A stretch of 64,000 nucleotides of DNA from Candidatus Thorarchaeota archaeon (lineage in GTDB: Archaea > Asgardarchaeota > Thorarchaeia > Thorarchaeales > Thorarchaeaceae): the NCBI GenBank assembly GCA_016933575.1, contig JAFGAR010000028.1:156530-220529 (forward strand), given 5' to 3'. This document shows, piece after piece, positions 39,673 to 50,331 of this stretch; positions within the stretch are counted from its first letter, which is position 1; each line of letters opens with the position of its first letter. The notes under the pieces are model-generated. The model was given only the letters and a program-made list of their open reading frames with translations. It was not told the origin of the DNA and did no database searches. The position numbers and the translations under genes are program-made.

Positions 39673-42600
39673 ATGGCTATACGAGTTCTGATGGTCGATG
39701 ATGATACTGTTCATCTAGAATTGAGTGAACGATTTCTGAAGCGACAAAGTCCAGATTACGAGATTGTTTCTGTTGAAACTTCAGATGATGCAATAAGACT
39801 TCTTGAAGAAAATGGTTTTGATGCGGCTGTCTGTGATATTGATCTCGCGGAGCAGACCAAGACGGGTCTAAATATTCTAGAACATGTTAGAAGTAGGAGT
39901 GATGATATTCCTTTCATTATCTTTACTGGAAAGAGCAGAGAGGAGTTTGCTATCCAAGCGCTCAACCTTGGGGCGGACTACTATATTCGAAAGAGCTCAA
40001 CAAATATCGAGGGACTCTATGCAGAACTCTCCTATTACATCCTTACTGCGGTTGCAAAACGGCGGACAGAACGAGCTCTGAGAGATTCAGAACAAAAATT
40101 ACGCGAGAGTGAAGCAAGGCTTGCAGAAGCTCAACGTATCTCACACTCAGGTAGTTGGGTATGGAATATTGTAGAGAATAAGGAAATTTGGTCCGATGAG
40201 ATCTACCGAATCTTTGGACTAGCTCCACAGGAATTCCTTGCGACATATGAAGCATTCTTGGAATCAGTACACCCTGAAGATAGAGAACTGGTGAAGAATT
40301 CAGTAGAAGCAGCCATCAAAAATCAAGAACCCTATAGTATAGACCATAGAATAGTTAGACCAGATGGTGCAATAAGACATGTGCATGAAGAGGGGGAGGT
40401 TACCTTTGATGCAGATGGTACAGCTGTCAGAATGATGGGAACGGTACAAGACACTACAGATCGGATCATAATTGAAGAACTCCTCCGTGAAGAAAGAGAC
40501 CGGGCTCGAAAATATCTGCAATTGACGAATACGATGATAGTGGCTCTTGATACGTCATTCAATGTGACTATGATTAACCGAAAAGGCTGTGAAATTTTAG
40601 AATATACAGAGGAAGAGATTCTTGGTAAGAATTGGATTCAATTCTTTCTACCAGAGAGTGGACGAAATGAGGCAGAAGAGTATCTCAAGTCCCTGCTTGA
40701 TTCAAATGGAAATATTGGACCGTGTTGTAGTTTCAAGATACTCACACGAACAGGAACAGAAAAAACAATCCTATGTCATGACACGGTTCTTTTTGATGAT
40801 GAAGGAGATATATCCTCAATTCTCTGTTCAGCTCAGCTGATTCCTGAAACAGGAAACATCGACCAACCAGAGATTACACTCATAACTCAATCATTGCGAG
40901 CTAGAGAGGAATGGTGGCAAGGAGTATTTGATCACGCCCCAGGTGCTATTGGAATATTCAATTCAGAGGGCCTATTGATTGATGCAAATAAAGCAGCAGT
41001 AGAGATGCTTGGCGTAAAGAATCGAGAAACACTTCTCGGTCTAAGTCTCTTCAGGGATTCCAACTTGCCTAAGCACGTCCTTGAGAGTGTACAACGAGGA
41101 GAGGTTCATAGATTCGACTATAAATGGGACTTTGGATATGTGTCAAGAAGAGGAATCCTTCCAACAACAAGGACTGAAGTCATCTATATGGATGTCGTTC
41201 TGTCACCACTTCAGGATACTAATGGACAATCAAGAGGCTATGTCCTTCATGCAACCGATATGACACATCGTCGGCGTACAGAACAAGCACTGAAAGCAAA
41301 TGAAGAAATGTTCCGGACAATATTTGATGAATCACCAATCTGTATCGAATTGTTCGACTCGGATGGTATACAAATAGGAGCGAATAAAGCAAGCCTAGAA
41401 CTCTTTGGTCAGGAGAGTATAGAAGATTCAATTGGCTTTGATCTATTTGGAGATCCCAACACACCAGATTTTGTTAAGGAACACCTTCGAAAAGGTGCTG
41501 CAGTGAAAGCACAGACTCGTTTTGATTTTTCGAAAGTTCATTTACATGACCTATACAAGACAAAGAAGACTGGGATTCTTCATCTCGACGCAGTTTTTTC
41601 CCCGCTTCATTATGGCTCAGAAGAGGGATTACAAGGATATATCATCCATATTCAGGATATTACAGATCGACATCTTGCAGAGCAAGCCTTGATGGAGAGC
41701 AGGGAGAGTTACAAGGAGTTATACAATAATGCACTAATTGGTCTATTTCGTGTTAGAATCTCAGATAGCATGATTCTGGAGTGTAATGAATACTTTGCCA
41801 AAATCTTCAGTCATGATGACAGACAGTCGATTATTGACGGTATGAGCTTTTTCAAAGATTTCCTATTACGTCCTTCATTATGGAATGAACTCAAAGAAAC
41901 TTTGAAGAAACAAGAGCGCGTTATCACAGAGCTTCAAGTGACTTCGAAAGATAGCAAAAAACTCTGGATGAGGTTCTCATTACGCATAGCGACTGAAAAG
42001 GGACATATCGAAGGTGTGATGTCAGATATCACACAACAAAAACTTGCACTTGAGATGCTTCGAAACCAAAAAGAGGAACTTAGTGAATTTGCGCATTCGA
42101 TGAGTCACGATCTTAAGAATATCTTACACAACATGCAGGGTTTTCTAGAACTAGCTGAGGACGAGAATAATCTAACTCACTTGAAGAGACTTCACAGTCT
42201 CATCAATGACACTATTGATCTGTTGAATCATTCAGTTCTTCTTGCAGATGCGGGACTTGTTGTAGAAGAAGACCTAACGGACGTTAATCTTGATGTTCTT
42301 GTTAGAGATGTTGCGGAATCGATCATTCCAGACACTATTGGCTATAACCAGGACAGTCTACCAGTCGTCAAGGCTGATGTAACAAAAGTGAGTCAAATCT
42401 TCAGAAACCTATTCGATAATGCTGTGAAACATGGAAAACCGAGGACCATTGAAGTCAGAAGTTACATTCGAGAAGGTAACATCTGTGTTGCGGTTTCAAA
42501 TGATGGAAAAGACATATCCGATGAAATTCGACCGAAATTATTCTCAAGGGGATTCACAACTAGCAAGACAGGTCAAGGGTTTGGATTATCTATCGTAAAA

Positions 42601-42696
42601 CGTATTGCTGAGGCGCATAAATGGACCATTCATCTTGTTGACACTAAAAAGACGACTTTTGAGCTACGTATGCCTATCAATAATTCAGGAATGTAG
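39673..42696 (+). CDS. hybrid sensor: N-terminal response-regulator receiver + multiple PAS domains + HisKA/HATPase histidine kinase
   Basis: Receiver motifs are VLMVDDD and AAVCDIDL. There are at least four PAS-like repeats (for example ITDRHLAEQAL and MTHRRRTEQAL linkers). The H-box is FAHSMSHDLKN, the N-box is NLFDNAVKHG, and the G-box is GQGFGLSIV. No TM segment. Confidence 0.9.
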   Translation: MAIRVLMVDDDTVHLELSERFLKRQSPDYEIVSVETSDDAIRLLEENGFDAAVCDIDLAEQTKTGLNILEHVRSRSDDIPFIIFTGKSREEFAIQALNLGADYYIRKSSTNIEGLYAELSYYILTAVAKRRTERALRDSEQKLRESEARLAEAQRISHSGSWVWNIVENKEIWSDEIYRIFGLAPQEFLATYEAFLESVHPEDRELVKNSVEAAIKNQEPYSIDHRIVRPDGAIRHVHEEGEVTFDADGTAVRMMGTVQDTTDRIIIEELLREERDRARKYLQLTNTMIVALDTSFNVTMINRKGCEILEYTEEEILGKNWIQFFLPESGRNEAEEYLKSLLDSNGNIGPCCSFKILTRTGTEKTILCHDTVLFDDEGDISSILCSAQLIPETGNIDQPEITLITQSLRAREEWWQGVFDHAPGAIGIFNSEGLLIDANKAAVEMLGVKNRETLLGLSLFRDSNLPKHVLESVQRGEVHRFDYKWDFGYVSRRGILPTTRTEVIYMDVVLSPLQDTNGQSRGYVLHATDMTHRRRTEQALKANEEMFRTIFDESPICIELFDSDGIQIGANKASLELFGQESIEDSIGFDLFGDPNTPDFVKEHLRKGAAVKAQTRFDFSKVHLHDLYKTKKTGILHLDAVFSPLHYGSEEGLQGYIIHIQDITDRHLAEQALMESRESYKELYNNALIGLFRVRISDSMILECNEYFAKIFSHDDRQSIIDGMSFFKDFLLRPSLWNELKETLKKQERVITELQVTSKDSKKLWMRFSLRIATEKGHIEGVMSDITQQKLALEMLRNQKEELSEFAHSMSHDLKNILHNMQGFLELAEDENNLTHLKRLHSLINDTIDLLNHSVLLADAGLVVEEDLTDVNLDVLVRDVAESIIPDTIGYNQDSLPVVKADVTKVSQIFRNLFDNAVKHGKPRTIEVRSYIREGNICVAVSNDGKDISDEIRPKLFSRGFTTSKTGQGFGLSIVKRIAEAHKWTIHLVDTKKTTFELRMPINNSGM

Positions 42697-42977
42697 CTGG
42701 GAGCGAAAAAAGAAGAACCATTCACTCGGATACACAATACAACATCCTTAATAGGTTAAAATGGAAAACAACAATTGTGGTCAGTGGAATGGTAGGGCTT
42801 CGTTTTGTAACATGCCCTCATTACATAACTCCCCCCCCTCCAGTGATGTGGAATGCCCATATCGCGGGGAATACCACATAGCTCTACTGTCCCTGGCCAC
42901 ACCTATTCTCAGAATTGATTCCAGTCGCGAAGATGTTATATCTTCCAATTATCTTGGAAAACATTGAATTACTAAAA

Positions 42978-43643
42978 ATGCATTCAAAGGTTGGAAACTT
43001 GAAGAAAGCCACAATCATTCTCATTATGTTAGTTATCATTGGTGGTTTTGCAGTCGTTCTATATCAAATGCATGAAATCAATGAAAATACCTTTGATACA
43101 GGAGGACGTTATGATCCAAGTGTCCTAGACTACATGGGAGTGATTTATGCCAACAGGTCTGACATCGAGGGTTTCAATGAAGGATACAGCGGATCTACTG
43201 CATGCCCATGGGGATTCGTCCACAATGGGATTGATTATTTCTACTTCAACAACTCTGATGTCATTGCAGCAGCACCGGGATTGGTTGAAAAGATAGAATT
43301 ACATGATTGGGGATTAGAAGCACAGCATCGTTATACTATTAGTGTAGAAATCAGGTTCAATGCCTCTGTGAACCTACTGTACAATTTTGAACCTTGGACA
43401 AACTCTACAGACGAGCAGGCCCAACAAGTAGAGATGTTCAATATCGAAGTTGGGAGCTGGGTAACTAAGGGTGATGTTATAGCAAAATTTCTCCATGCAG
43501 GAGAAGGAGCGCACATTCATTTTGGAATTTACCAAGATGGCGAGGCGAGAGATCCAACTTTGTACCTATCAACTGATGGATACAATGAACTCTTAGAAAT
43601 GATCCATGATTTCCATCCGACATGGGAGATTAGTTATCCATAA
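42978..43643 (+). CDS. membrane-anchored M23-family metallopeptidase
   Basis: ATG 42978 is followed by a TM (IILIMLVIIGGFAVVLY). HNGIDY is the HxxxD-type motif, and GAHIHFG is the HxH motif. Confidence 0.7.
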   Translation: MHSKVGNLKKATIILIMLVIIGGFAVVLYQMHEINENTFDTGGRYDPSVLDYMGVIYANRSDIEGFNEGYSGSTACPWGFVHNGIDYFYFNNSDVIAAAPGLVEKIELHDWGLEAQHRYTISVEIRFNASVNLLYNFEPWTNSTDEQAQQVEMFNIEVGSWVTKGDVIAKFLHAGEGAHIHFGIYQDGEARDPTLYLSTDGYNELLEMIHDFHPTWEISYP

Positions 43644-43774
43644 TCAGATTCATATTTTCATGATCAGGAATTTTGATGGAATGTGCTATCACTGACCATA
43701 CCTTTGAGCATTTCCCCTCTTTTGCTTAGTTCTAAATCTTATAATTTGGAATTCCAAGTCCTTTCTTGATAAAA

Positions 43775-44215
43775 ATGGAAAGTAGATCTTTGTTCAATTA
43801 CAGAATCAGGATTATCATAATTATCATCAGTATGATCATTGTCTTCATTTTGCCCTATGGGTACCATGTCGACCTTGGTCCAGGGCCTAATGGATTCATG
43901 TCAATCACATGGGAATGTCCTGAAACGGAAAGCAGTCCGATTCCATTTTCTGCCCTTGAGTATTTCATCTACTACCTCTACCGTCTTGTAGTATTAAATG
44001 CAATTTTGAAATTCTCACACGGACAGATGAACATGAAAAGGCTCATTCAGCATGGAATTGTTGGAGAGATTATTCCAATACTCATTTCTATTCCTGGCAT
44101 TTTGTTTCTCAATGAAGAAGGAGAGAACTATATTCCAATTATGATTCCAATACCATTTCTGTTGTTATTTACCCTATTGTTGGCACTGTACAAATACAAG
44201 GTTAGAAATTATTGA
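43775..44215 (+). CDS. small polytopic membrane protein
   Basis: The first ATG is at 43775, and the ORF opens at TTG 43766. There are about 4 hydrophobic helices. Confidence 0.5.
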   Translation: MESRSLFNYRIRIIIIIISMIIVFILPYGYHVDLGPGPNGFMSITWECPETESSPIPFSALEYFIYYLYRLVVLNAILKFSHGQMNMKRLIQHGIVGEIIPILISIPGILFLNEEGENYIPIMIPIPFLLLFTLLLALYKYKVRNY

Positions 44216-44283
44216 TAATCCTGCAGGAATAAACCAAATCTCATGTAGCTTTAATCGAGAGATCTTTCAATAGAAACCAAAGG

Positions 44284-45522
44284 TCATAGGTTGGTTTGGC
44301 TATCTCTGCCTTTTACAAAGAAGAGATAAAACAATACGATGCTGGCAGAATATAAGATACCAGCCAACACAAATGGAAGATTCAAGAAACCAGCAGCTAA
44401 TAGAACTCCACCGATGTTCAATCCGAACGCTCTTGATAGAGAATCACCAGCATTGATGACACCCATTGCAGTGGACCTTTCTTCTTTATTCAAGCCCTCC
44501 ATGAAAAATACATCCATCACCGGCCATGCAATATTCATGAATAGGGCTCTCATCACAAATCCAATTGCTGCAATAGACAGCATTGGAGACCAAGACAACA
44601 AGAAAAGGAAAGGAACAGAGAGTGCTTGAAACCAGATGATAGTACCTAATTTCCCAAATCTGTCAACAATTGCTGGAGACACAAAATTACCAGAGGCCAT
44701 TACTAATGTGTTAATAGCAAAAATGATACCAATAGTGATTTCATCAGCTTGAAAGGCTCTGTTAAAGAAGACATTGACAAATTGGATGAACAACCCTGCT
44801 CCAAATCCAGATATTGCCCAAGCAAGAGTGTATTTGCCAATAAAACCACGATTGTGGATATTAGAAAACTTCAGAGATATTTTTTGAACTTCTATGGGTT
44901 TATCGACTGCTAGTGGAATAATTGACAATGCAGCAAGCCCAAGGGGTATTAACGCAATCCAAAGAGAGAGTCGGTAAGCTGAGAGTAGATCAATTGCGAC
45001 ACCTAATCGAGACCATAGTGTTGGTAAGAAACCCCCAGCCAAAGAGCCTAAGAGACTGGCAATTAGAAAGAAAGCATAACGAATGCTGAACACATGTACA
45101 CGCTCTTCATTGGATGTAATGTGAGCTGTGTACGGTTGCCAGCAGACATTTGTGAAACCAAAACCCAAGCCATAGAGAATCTGTGACAATAGAAGGAATA
45201 ATGGTTCTAAAGTTGTGTATTGAATCAGAACTCCGATAAAAATAACGATGTATCCTCCAAGTAGTATTTTCTTCCTTGAGAATCTATCAGCAATTAACCC
45301 TGCAAAGATTGCGAGTCCTCCAGCTATGAACATTGATATCGAGAGGAAAAAACCAAGAAAGTCTTCACTAAATCCAGCCTCTAAGAGATATAGATTGAAA
45401 ATTACATCGCTTATTCCAAAAGCAAAGGCGGAGAACATCCAGCTTACAATGGTCAAGCGGGCGTCTCTATTAATGAGTCTGACCTTATCGAAATAATTCA
45501 AACGTACAGACCCAGACGACAT
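44284..45522 (-). CDS. MFS transporter
   Basis: The product has 12 TM-like helices and the loop 2-3 motif GLIADRFSRKK. Confidence 0.8.
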   Translation of the reverse strand: MSSGSVRLNYFDKVRLINRDARLTIVSWMFSAFAFGISDVIFNLYLLEAGFSEDFLGFFLSISMFIAGGLAIFAGLIADRFSRKKILLGGYIVIFIGVLIQYTTLEPLFLLLSQILYGLGFGFTNVCWQPYTAHITSNEERVHVFSIRYAFFLIASLLGSLAGGFLPTLWSRLGVAIDLLSAYRLSLWIALIPLGLAALSIIPLAVDKPIEVQKISLKFSNIHNRGFIGKYTLAWAISGFGAGLFIQFVNVFFNRAFQADEITIGIIFAINTLVMASGNFVSPAIVDRFGKLGTIIWFQALSVPFLFLLSWSPMLSIAAIGFVMRALFMNIAWPVMDVFFMEGLNKEERSTAMGVINAGDSLSRAFGLNIGGVLLAAGFLNLPFVLAGILYSASIVLFYLFFVKGRDSQTNL

Positions 45523-45610
45523 ACACGAATCGATTCAATGGGAACTTTTGTCTGTTTTGAATTGAGTAGAAAATTTATACTAATTTAAACCCGCGATGTA
45601 ACTCATGGAT

Positions 45611-46501
45611 CTAGTGCGCGATGAACTTTAAGACCGAGCCAGCACCAATGGATTTGAAAATACTCTCAAAACCGTACATAAGTGCAGCTTGGCCTTTCAA
45701 TCCAGTACAATGACAAGGAGCAAGGGTGGTGAGTGGATATTTAGATAGGTGTTCTACCGTCTTGGATAACCGCTCCTTTGAAGCATCATGTAAATGCAGA
45801 CCACCAACTATTCCAGTGATGGATCTAGAACTTATAAGATTGGAAACATGCTTTGCAGTATTGACTATGCCTGAATGACAACATCCTGCGAGAATTACGA
45901 TTGAATCATCTTTCAAATGAAATGCGAGAGATAGGTCATCATCGATCAAGTCTGGTATTCTCTTTCCATCTTTGAGGGTCTGTATCTCAGTTAAGCGACC
46001 TGTCAACTTCTCAAAATCGTTAGTTCGAGGTACTTCACCGGTTGTCATGACTCCAGTAGTGATAGTGTAAGGTTCTGTTGATGTAATGACATCAGTTCGA
46101 TTCTCGAGTTCTGAGAGTTTGAAATAGTTATGAATCCCAATCTGATGTTCCTTGCCAGCTTTGTCTTGGATTATCTTTGGACTGAGAGCTTGAGGGTGGC
46201 ATAATACTGGAGTTTGTTTGCCAATCATATTGAGAATCTCCATGACACCTCCCACATGGTCCCAGTGTCCATGACTCAAGACTATCATCTCAATTGTCGT
46301 TGGATCGACCTCAGCAATACGAAGATTATGACGAAGAGCTGGTGTAGAACTTGCAGTATCAAATAGAATGCGTTTCTTGCTAGAGTCATCATATACTATA
46401 TCCACTAGAGCTGAGAAACCAGCCTCCCCTAGATACTCGCTTAAGTCCACTTTACCGTCAGCAAGAATTGTGATTGTTATCTCTTCTATTCCTCTTTTCA
46501 T
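45611..46501 (-). CDS. metallo-beta-lactamase-fold protein (COG1237-like)
   Basis: The motifs SHGHWDHVGG, GGLHL and the C-terminal PCHCTG resemble the archaeal MBL family. That family includes the MJ0301-type enzyme. The substrate cannot be called. Confidence 0.7.
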   Translation of the reverse strand: MKRGIEEITITILADGKVDLSEYLGEAGFSALVDIVYDDSSKKRILFDTASSTPALRHNLRIAEVDPTTIEMIVLSHGHWDHVGGVMEILNMIGKQTPVLCHPQALSPKIIQDKAGKEHQIGIHNYFKLSELENRTDVITSTEPYTITTGVMTTGEVPRTNDFEKLTGRLTEIQTLKDGKRIPDLIDDDLSLAFHLKDDSIVILAGCCHSGIVNTAKHVSNLISSRSITGIVGGLHLHDASKERLSKTVEHLSKYPLTTLAPCHCTGLKGQAALMYGFESIFKSIGAGSVLKFIAH

Positions 46502-46615
46502 CACTAACAATTCCAGGAAGTTCTCAGGTATATTGGAATATTGATAGTATTTACATTATTCGTAAAATAGCAATTAGAGGGAATTTATTAAGCGAAAGGG
46601 AGAGTCAAGATAGAT

Positions 46616-47632
46616 ATGAGAGAAACCAATGTCCTGTTCATCTGGGAAGTAAGAGAGGAACTTCAAAAATATCTTCGCCAGGGACTACAAGAAGTGGAGG
46701 GTGTTAATCTTATCTTTCCAACAGACACCTCCAATGAAGCACTTCTTCATTTAGCACCTAGAGCTGACATTCTCATTGGATGGAGACCAGCACGAGAACT
46801 TCTGGATGCAGCTACACGCTTTCAGCTATTCATCAATCCAGGAGTTGGAGTCCAGCATCTTATCAACACCTTTAGAGAACTTGCTGAAACTCGAGATATT
46901 GTCTTGATTAATGGACATGGGAATACATACTTTACTGCACAACATGCAGTAGCTATGCTACTTGCTCTCACGAATAAAATAATTCCACATCATAATTGGA
47001 TGAAACAGGGGCTTTGGAGAAAAGGAGATGAAGATGCAAAGTCAAAGCCTCTTAGAGACCTACGAATTGGACTTCTTGGGTATGGGGCAGTGAATCAGAA
47101 GGTGCATAGATTTCTCTCAGGATTCAATGTCGAATTTCTCATCCTTAGAAGATCAAAGAGCGGAAGAAGAAGACTACCAACTAAGGTAAAACAATATTCT
47201 ACTAATGAATTAGATATGTTTCTGAAAGAAACAGACATTCTGTTTGTTGCGGTTCCGCAGACTGAAGAAACTGTTGGTATGATTGGTAGGAAGGAATTCG
47301 AACTTCTTGGGAGAGATAGTTTAGTTGTGAATATTGCTAGAGGCGTGGTCATTGATGAAGAAACATTCTTTGAAGCTCTTTCAAAGAAAATCATTGCGGG
47401 AGCTGCAATTGATGTCTGGTATGACTATAATCCTGAGGTAGATTCAGAGGGTCGTAAGTTCCCATCAAGATTTCCGTTTCATTCATTAGAGAATGTGGTG
47501 CTATCGCCGCATCGCGGCGCGTCACCTATGGATGACCTGAAAAGATGGGATGAAGTGGTTGTGAACATCCGCAAATTCGCAGAGGAACAGTATGACTTCA
47601 TCAATATCGTTCAATTAGACAGAGGCTATTAG
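46616..47632 (+). CDS. D-isomer-specific 2-hydroxyacid dehydrogenase family, NAD-binding
   Basis: GLLGYGAVNQKV is the GxGxxG motif. It also has the ARGVVIDEE, AAIDVW and SPHRG catalytic-region motifs. Confidence 0.85.
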   Translation: MRETNVLFIWEVREELQKYLRQGLQEVEGVNLIFPTDTSNEALLHLAPRADILIGWRPARELLDAATRFQLFINPGVGVQHLINTFRELAETRDIVLINGHGNTYFTAQHAVAMLLALTNKIIPHHNWMKQGLWRKGDEDAKSKPLRDLRIGLLGYGAVNQKVHRFLSGFNVEFLILRRSKSGRRRLPTKVKQYSTNELDMFLKETDILFVAVPQTEETVGMIGRKEFELLGRDSLVVNIARGVVIDEETFFEALSKKIIAGAAIDVWYDYNPEVDSEGRKFPSRFPFHSLENVVLSPHRGASPMDDLKRWDEVVVNIRKFAEEQYDFINIVQLDRGY

Positions 47633-48516
47633 ACTTCCTCCAATTCATCAAGCTTAAGTGTTAACTTTCGAGGGTTTGCTAGTAGACTGATTTCATATCT
47701 GTGCAATGTAGGGTTTTTCTTATCCTTCTTCCAGAGATGGAAGCCTTTGTTTATCTTCTCTCTAATCTTTCCTCTATAAGCTATCATAATCGAGAAGCAT
47801 TGGAGTACTCGGCAGAACCACTCGTTTTCAGCGAGTACTGGATCCTTTATCTTGACTGAGAACTCGCCACCAAAATCACCAAATTTACTATCAATGCTTG
47901 CCACAGTTTCATGCCCATTCAGTCTGATGATATTAAAATCATCACCAAGAGTAGCACGCGCTCCTTCAATCCTAAAGGCCTCAAATGTATTCTTGGGTCC
48001 TAGTATATAGAAAGCATAATTCTCTGTGGAGAGACCTCCTCGCCTGAATTGCTTGACCCAGGTGATAATCTCAGTATCTTTCGTTATCACTGTGAAGGCG
48101 ATGAGTGGTTCATCTGAAGCAAAACTTGAAGCATATTCTTCCGCAAGCATTTCCTCCATAGAAGCAATCCAGCCACCACTATTTGAAAAGAGTTTGACGA
48201 CCAATCGCTTGTCTAAATCATCAACCTCAGACCACAGGGACTGTCGTAATATGATAAAACCAATCTTCTCTAATGATGTCAGCTTTTCTTTTTCATCGGT
48301 CCGTTTGGTCTCCATGATTTCACCGACAATATCAGCATCCCTTGAGAATTGCCGACTCTTTGAACGCCACATCTCATCCTGACGATATCCAATTTCCTCT
48401 CCGTGGAAACCTGTTGAGTATAGGTCTTGTGAGAACACCCGATAGATTGGACCAACTTTTCGCTCATTCTTATTCTTGGACAACTCAATCACACATCTTC
48501 TGATTATAACAATCAA
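47629..48516 (-). CDS. hypothetical protein (295 aa)
   Basis: It is a long ORF with a plausible globular composition and no recognisable motif. It shares a 4-nt 3' overlap with the convergent dehydrogenase gene. Confidence 0.55.
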   Translation of the reverse strand: MIVIIRRCVIELSKNKNERKVGPIYRVFSQDLYSTGFHGEEIGYRQDEMWRSKSRQFSRDADIVGEIMETKRTDEKEKLTSLEKIGFIILRQSLWSEVDDLDKRLVVKLFSNSGGWIASMEEMLAEEYASSFASDEPLIAFTVITKDTEIITWVKQFRRGGLSTENYAFYILGPKNTFEAFRIEGARATLGDDFNIIRLNGHETVASIDSKFGDFGGEFSVKIKDPVLAENEWFCRVLQCFSIMIAYRGKIREKINKGFHLWKKDKKNPTLHRYEISLLANPRKLTLKLDELEEV

Positions 48517-48710
48517 TGATAAGTCTTAGTTTCTGCTTATGTCTAAGGATTCAGTAAGATGCCCGACCCACCAAATCCAATGTCTGTTCGATCCCCATGA
48601 GATACAGTAGACAATGAGAGGAATAGCCCTTAGGGCAATTCCTTCAACTATTATGCGAACATATGCAACCCAGAACCTTCATATGTAGCATGTGCTGACA
48701 GCGGCACCCG

Positions 48711-50327
48711 TTGGACATGATAGCTGAACTCACTATTGTCTTTCAGATAATCGGCGGTCTTGCCCTCTTCATGTATGGCGTGACCCTTCTTAGGGAAACA
48801 CTAGGTAAGATATCAGGAAGACGTGTAGTGAGAATATTAGAAAAAGTGAGTGATGACCCTATCAGAGGAATGGGAGCAGGGACTGCAGCAACTGTCATGA
48901 CTCAAAGCTCAAGCATTACAGTGTTGACACTCATTGGTTTTGTCAATGCAGGTATGATGACCTTTAGGCAATCGGTCAATGTCATGCTGGGATCAGAGAT
49001 AGGCACAACAGTGACAGCTCAGCTTGTTTCATTTGATATAGGTGGCATATTTTGGCCATTGGTTGCTATTGGATTTTTCATGAAGATGTTCTCAAAGAGG
49101 GAGAGAATAAAGCTAATTGGAACAGTTGTCTTTAGCTTAGGACTATTATTCCTAGCAATGGATTTCATGAAACAAGGAGCAGCTCCTCTGACAACAGACT
49201 ATCCCTTCTTTAGAAGTCTCATAAATGATTATGGAGCAATACCAATTTTAGGAATTCTAATTGGTGCACTTATTGCTGGAGTCACTCAGAGTAGTTCTGC
49301 AACCACCAGTCTCGTCATTGCAATGGGAGCTGTTGGTGCTATCGATTTAGGACCAGGAATTGCACTAGTTATGGGGGCAAATATTGGAACCTGTTTTCTA
49401 GAACTATTTGCAGGTATCGGTGCAACAACCCCAGCAAAGCGGACAGCAGTAGCGCAAGCCATTATCAATGTTATAGGAGTAAGTATATTCCTGCCATTCT
49501 TAGAGCCCTTTTCAAACGTAGTTCTAGCGACTTCTCCAGATCTTCCACATCAGATCGCTAATGCCCATACGATATTCAATGTGATTGTAAGCCTAATCTT
49601 CATTCCACTTGTTGGGTGCCTGGTCAAGTTTTGCGAGAGAATCATTCCAGACAAAGAGGGAGAGGTCATTGGAAAGCATTTCTTTGACGATGAGATGTTG
49701 CATCTTCCTCAGGCGGCATTACTAGAATCTGAACGCGAAACGATTAGAACTGCTGAAAAAACGATTGACATGATTGCATTAAGTAAGAGTGCTTTACTAA
49801 CCAAGAATATCGATGACGCTAGAAAGGTAATGCAGTACGAAGATGAAGTTGATGTAAGTTGTCGTGATACCGAAGACTTCATAGATAAAATTCGAGAGGA
49901 AGAACTCAATAATGAAGATATAATCTGGAGAATCAAGCTTCTTGCTATTCTCACTGATATAGAACGAGTAGGAGACCTAGCATCGAACATCGGTGAGTTT
50001 GTAATTGATAAATTGAAGAACGGAATCATCTTCTCCAAACAAGGGATAAAAGATCTTGCAGAGATGTTTGATCTCGTTATTGAAACCTACACGACTGCCA
50101 TTAGTTCATTGAAGACCAAGAACAAGGATCTTGCCAAAACTGCTGAGAAACTTGAAGATGAAGTTGATATCTTGGAAAGAAAATTGAAGGCATCCCATGT
50201 CAAACGTGTAAGTGAGGGAATTTGCGACCCTCAAGCTGACCAAATTTTTGTAGAAACCTTGAGGAATCTAGAAAGAATTAGTGATCATGCAGACAATATT
50301 GCCTATGATGTCATTATGGACACATGA
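48711..50327 (+). CDS. Na+/phosphate cotransporter (NptA-type) with C-terminal PhoU-like repeats
   Basis: The N-terminus QIIGGLALFMYGVTLL and duplicated Na_Pi_cotrans-like membrane halves are followed by two PhoU-like helical repeats (ERVGDLASNI and ERISDHADNI). Start is TTG 48711 or ATG 48717. Confidence 0.85.
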   Translation: MDMIAELTIVFQIIGGLALFMYGVTLLRETLGKISGRRVVRILEKVSDDPIRGMGAGTAATVMTQSSSITVLTLIGFVNAGMMTFRQSVNVMLGSEIGTTVTAQLVSFDIGGIFWPLVAIGFFMKMFSKRERIKLIGTVVFSLGLLFLAMDFMKQGAAPLTTDYPFFRSLINDYGAIPILGILIGALIAGVTQSSSATTSLVIAMGAVGAIDLGPGIALVMGANIGTCFLELFAGIGATTPAKRTAVAQAIINVIGVSIFLPFLEPFSNVVLATSPDLPHQIANAHTIFNVIVSLIFIPLVGCLVKFCERIIPDKEGEVIGKHFFDDEMLHLPQAALLESERETIRTAEKTIDMIALSKSALLTKNIDDARKVMQYEDEVDVSCRDTEDFIDKIREEELNNEDIIWRIKLLAILTDIERVGDLASNIGEFVIDKLKNGIIFSKQGIKDLAEMFDLVIETYTTAISSLKTKNKDLAKTAEKLEDEVDILERKLKASHVKRVSEGICDPQADQIFVETLRNLERISDHADNIAYDVIMDT

Positions 50328-50331
50328 ATGT

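Noticed and set aside
42831-42838. C8 homopolymer tract upstream of the M23 peptidase gene, as possible slipped-strand phase variation.
   Set aside because: It is a single short tract in non-coding sequence. Phase variation is not an established mechanism in archaea, and no population data are available.
42761-42967. 68-aa ORF between the histidine kinase and the M23 peptidase.
   Set aside because: It has no ribosome-binding site and an odd composition. It overlaps the likely promoter/5' region of the peptidase gene. Nothing supports coding.
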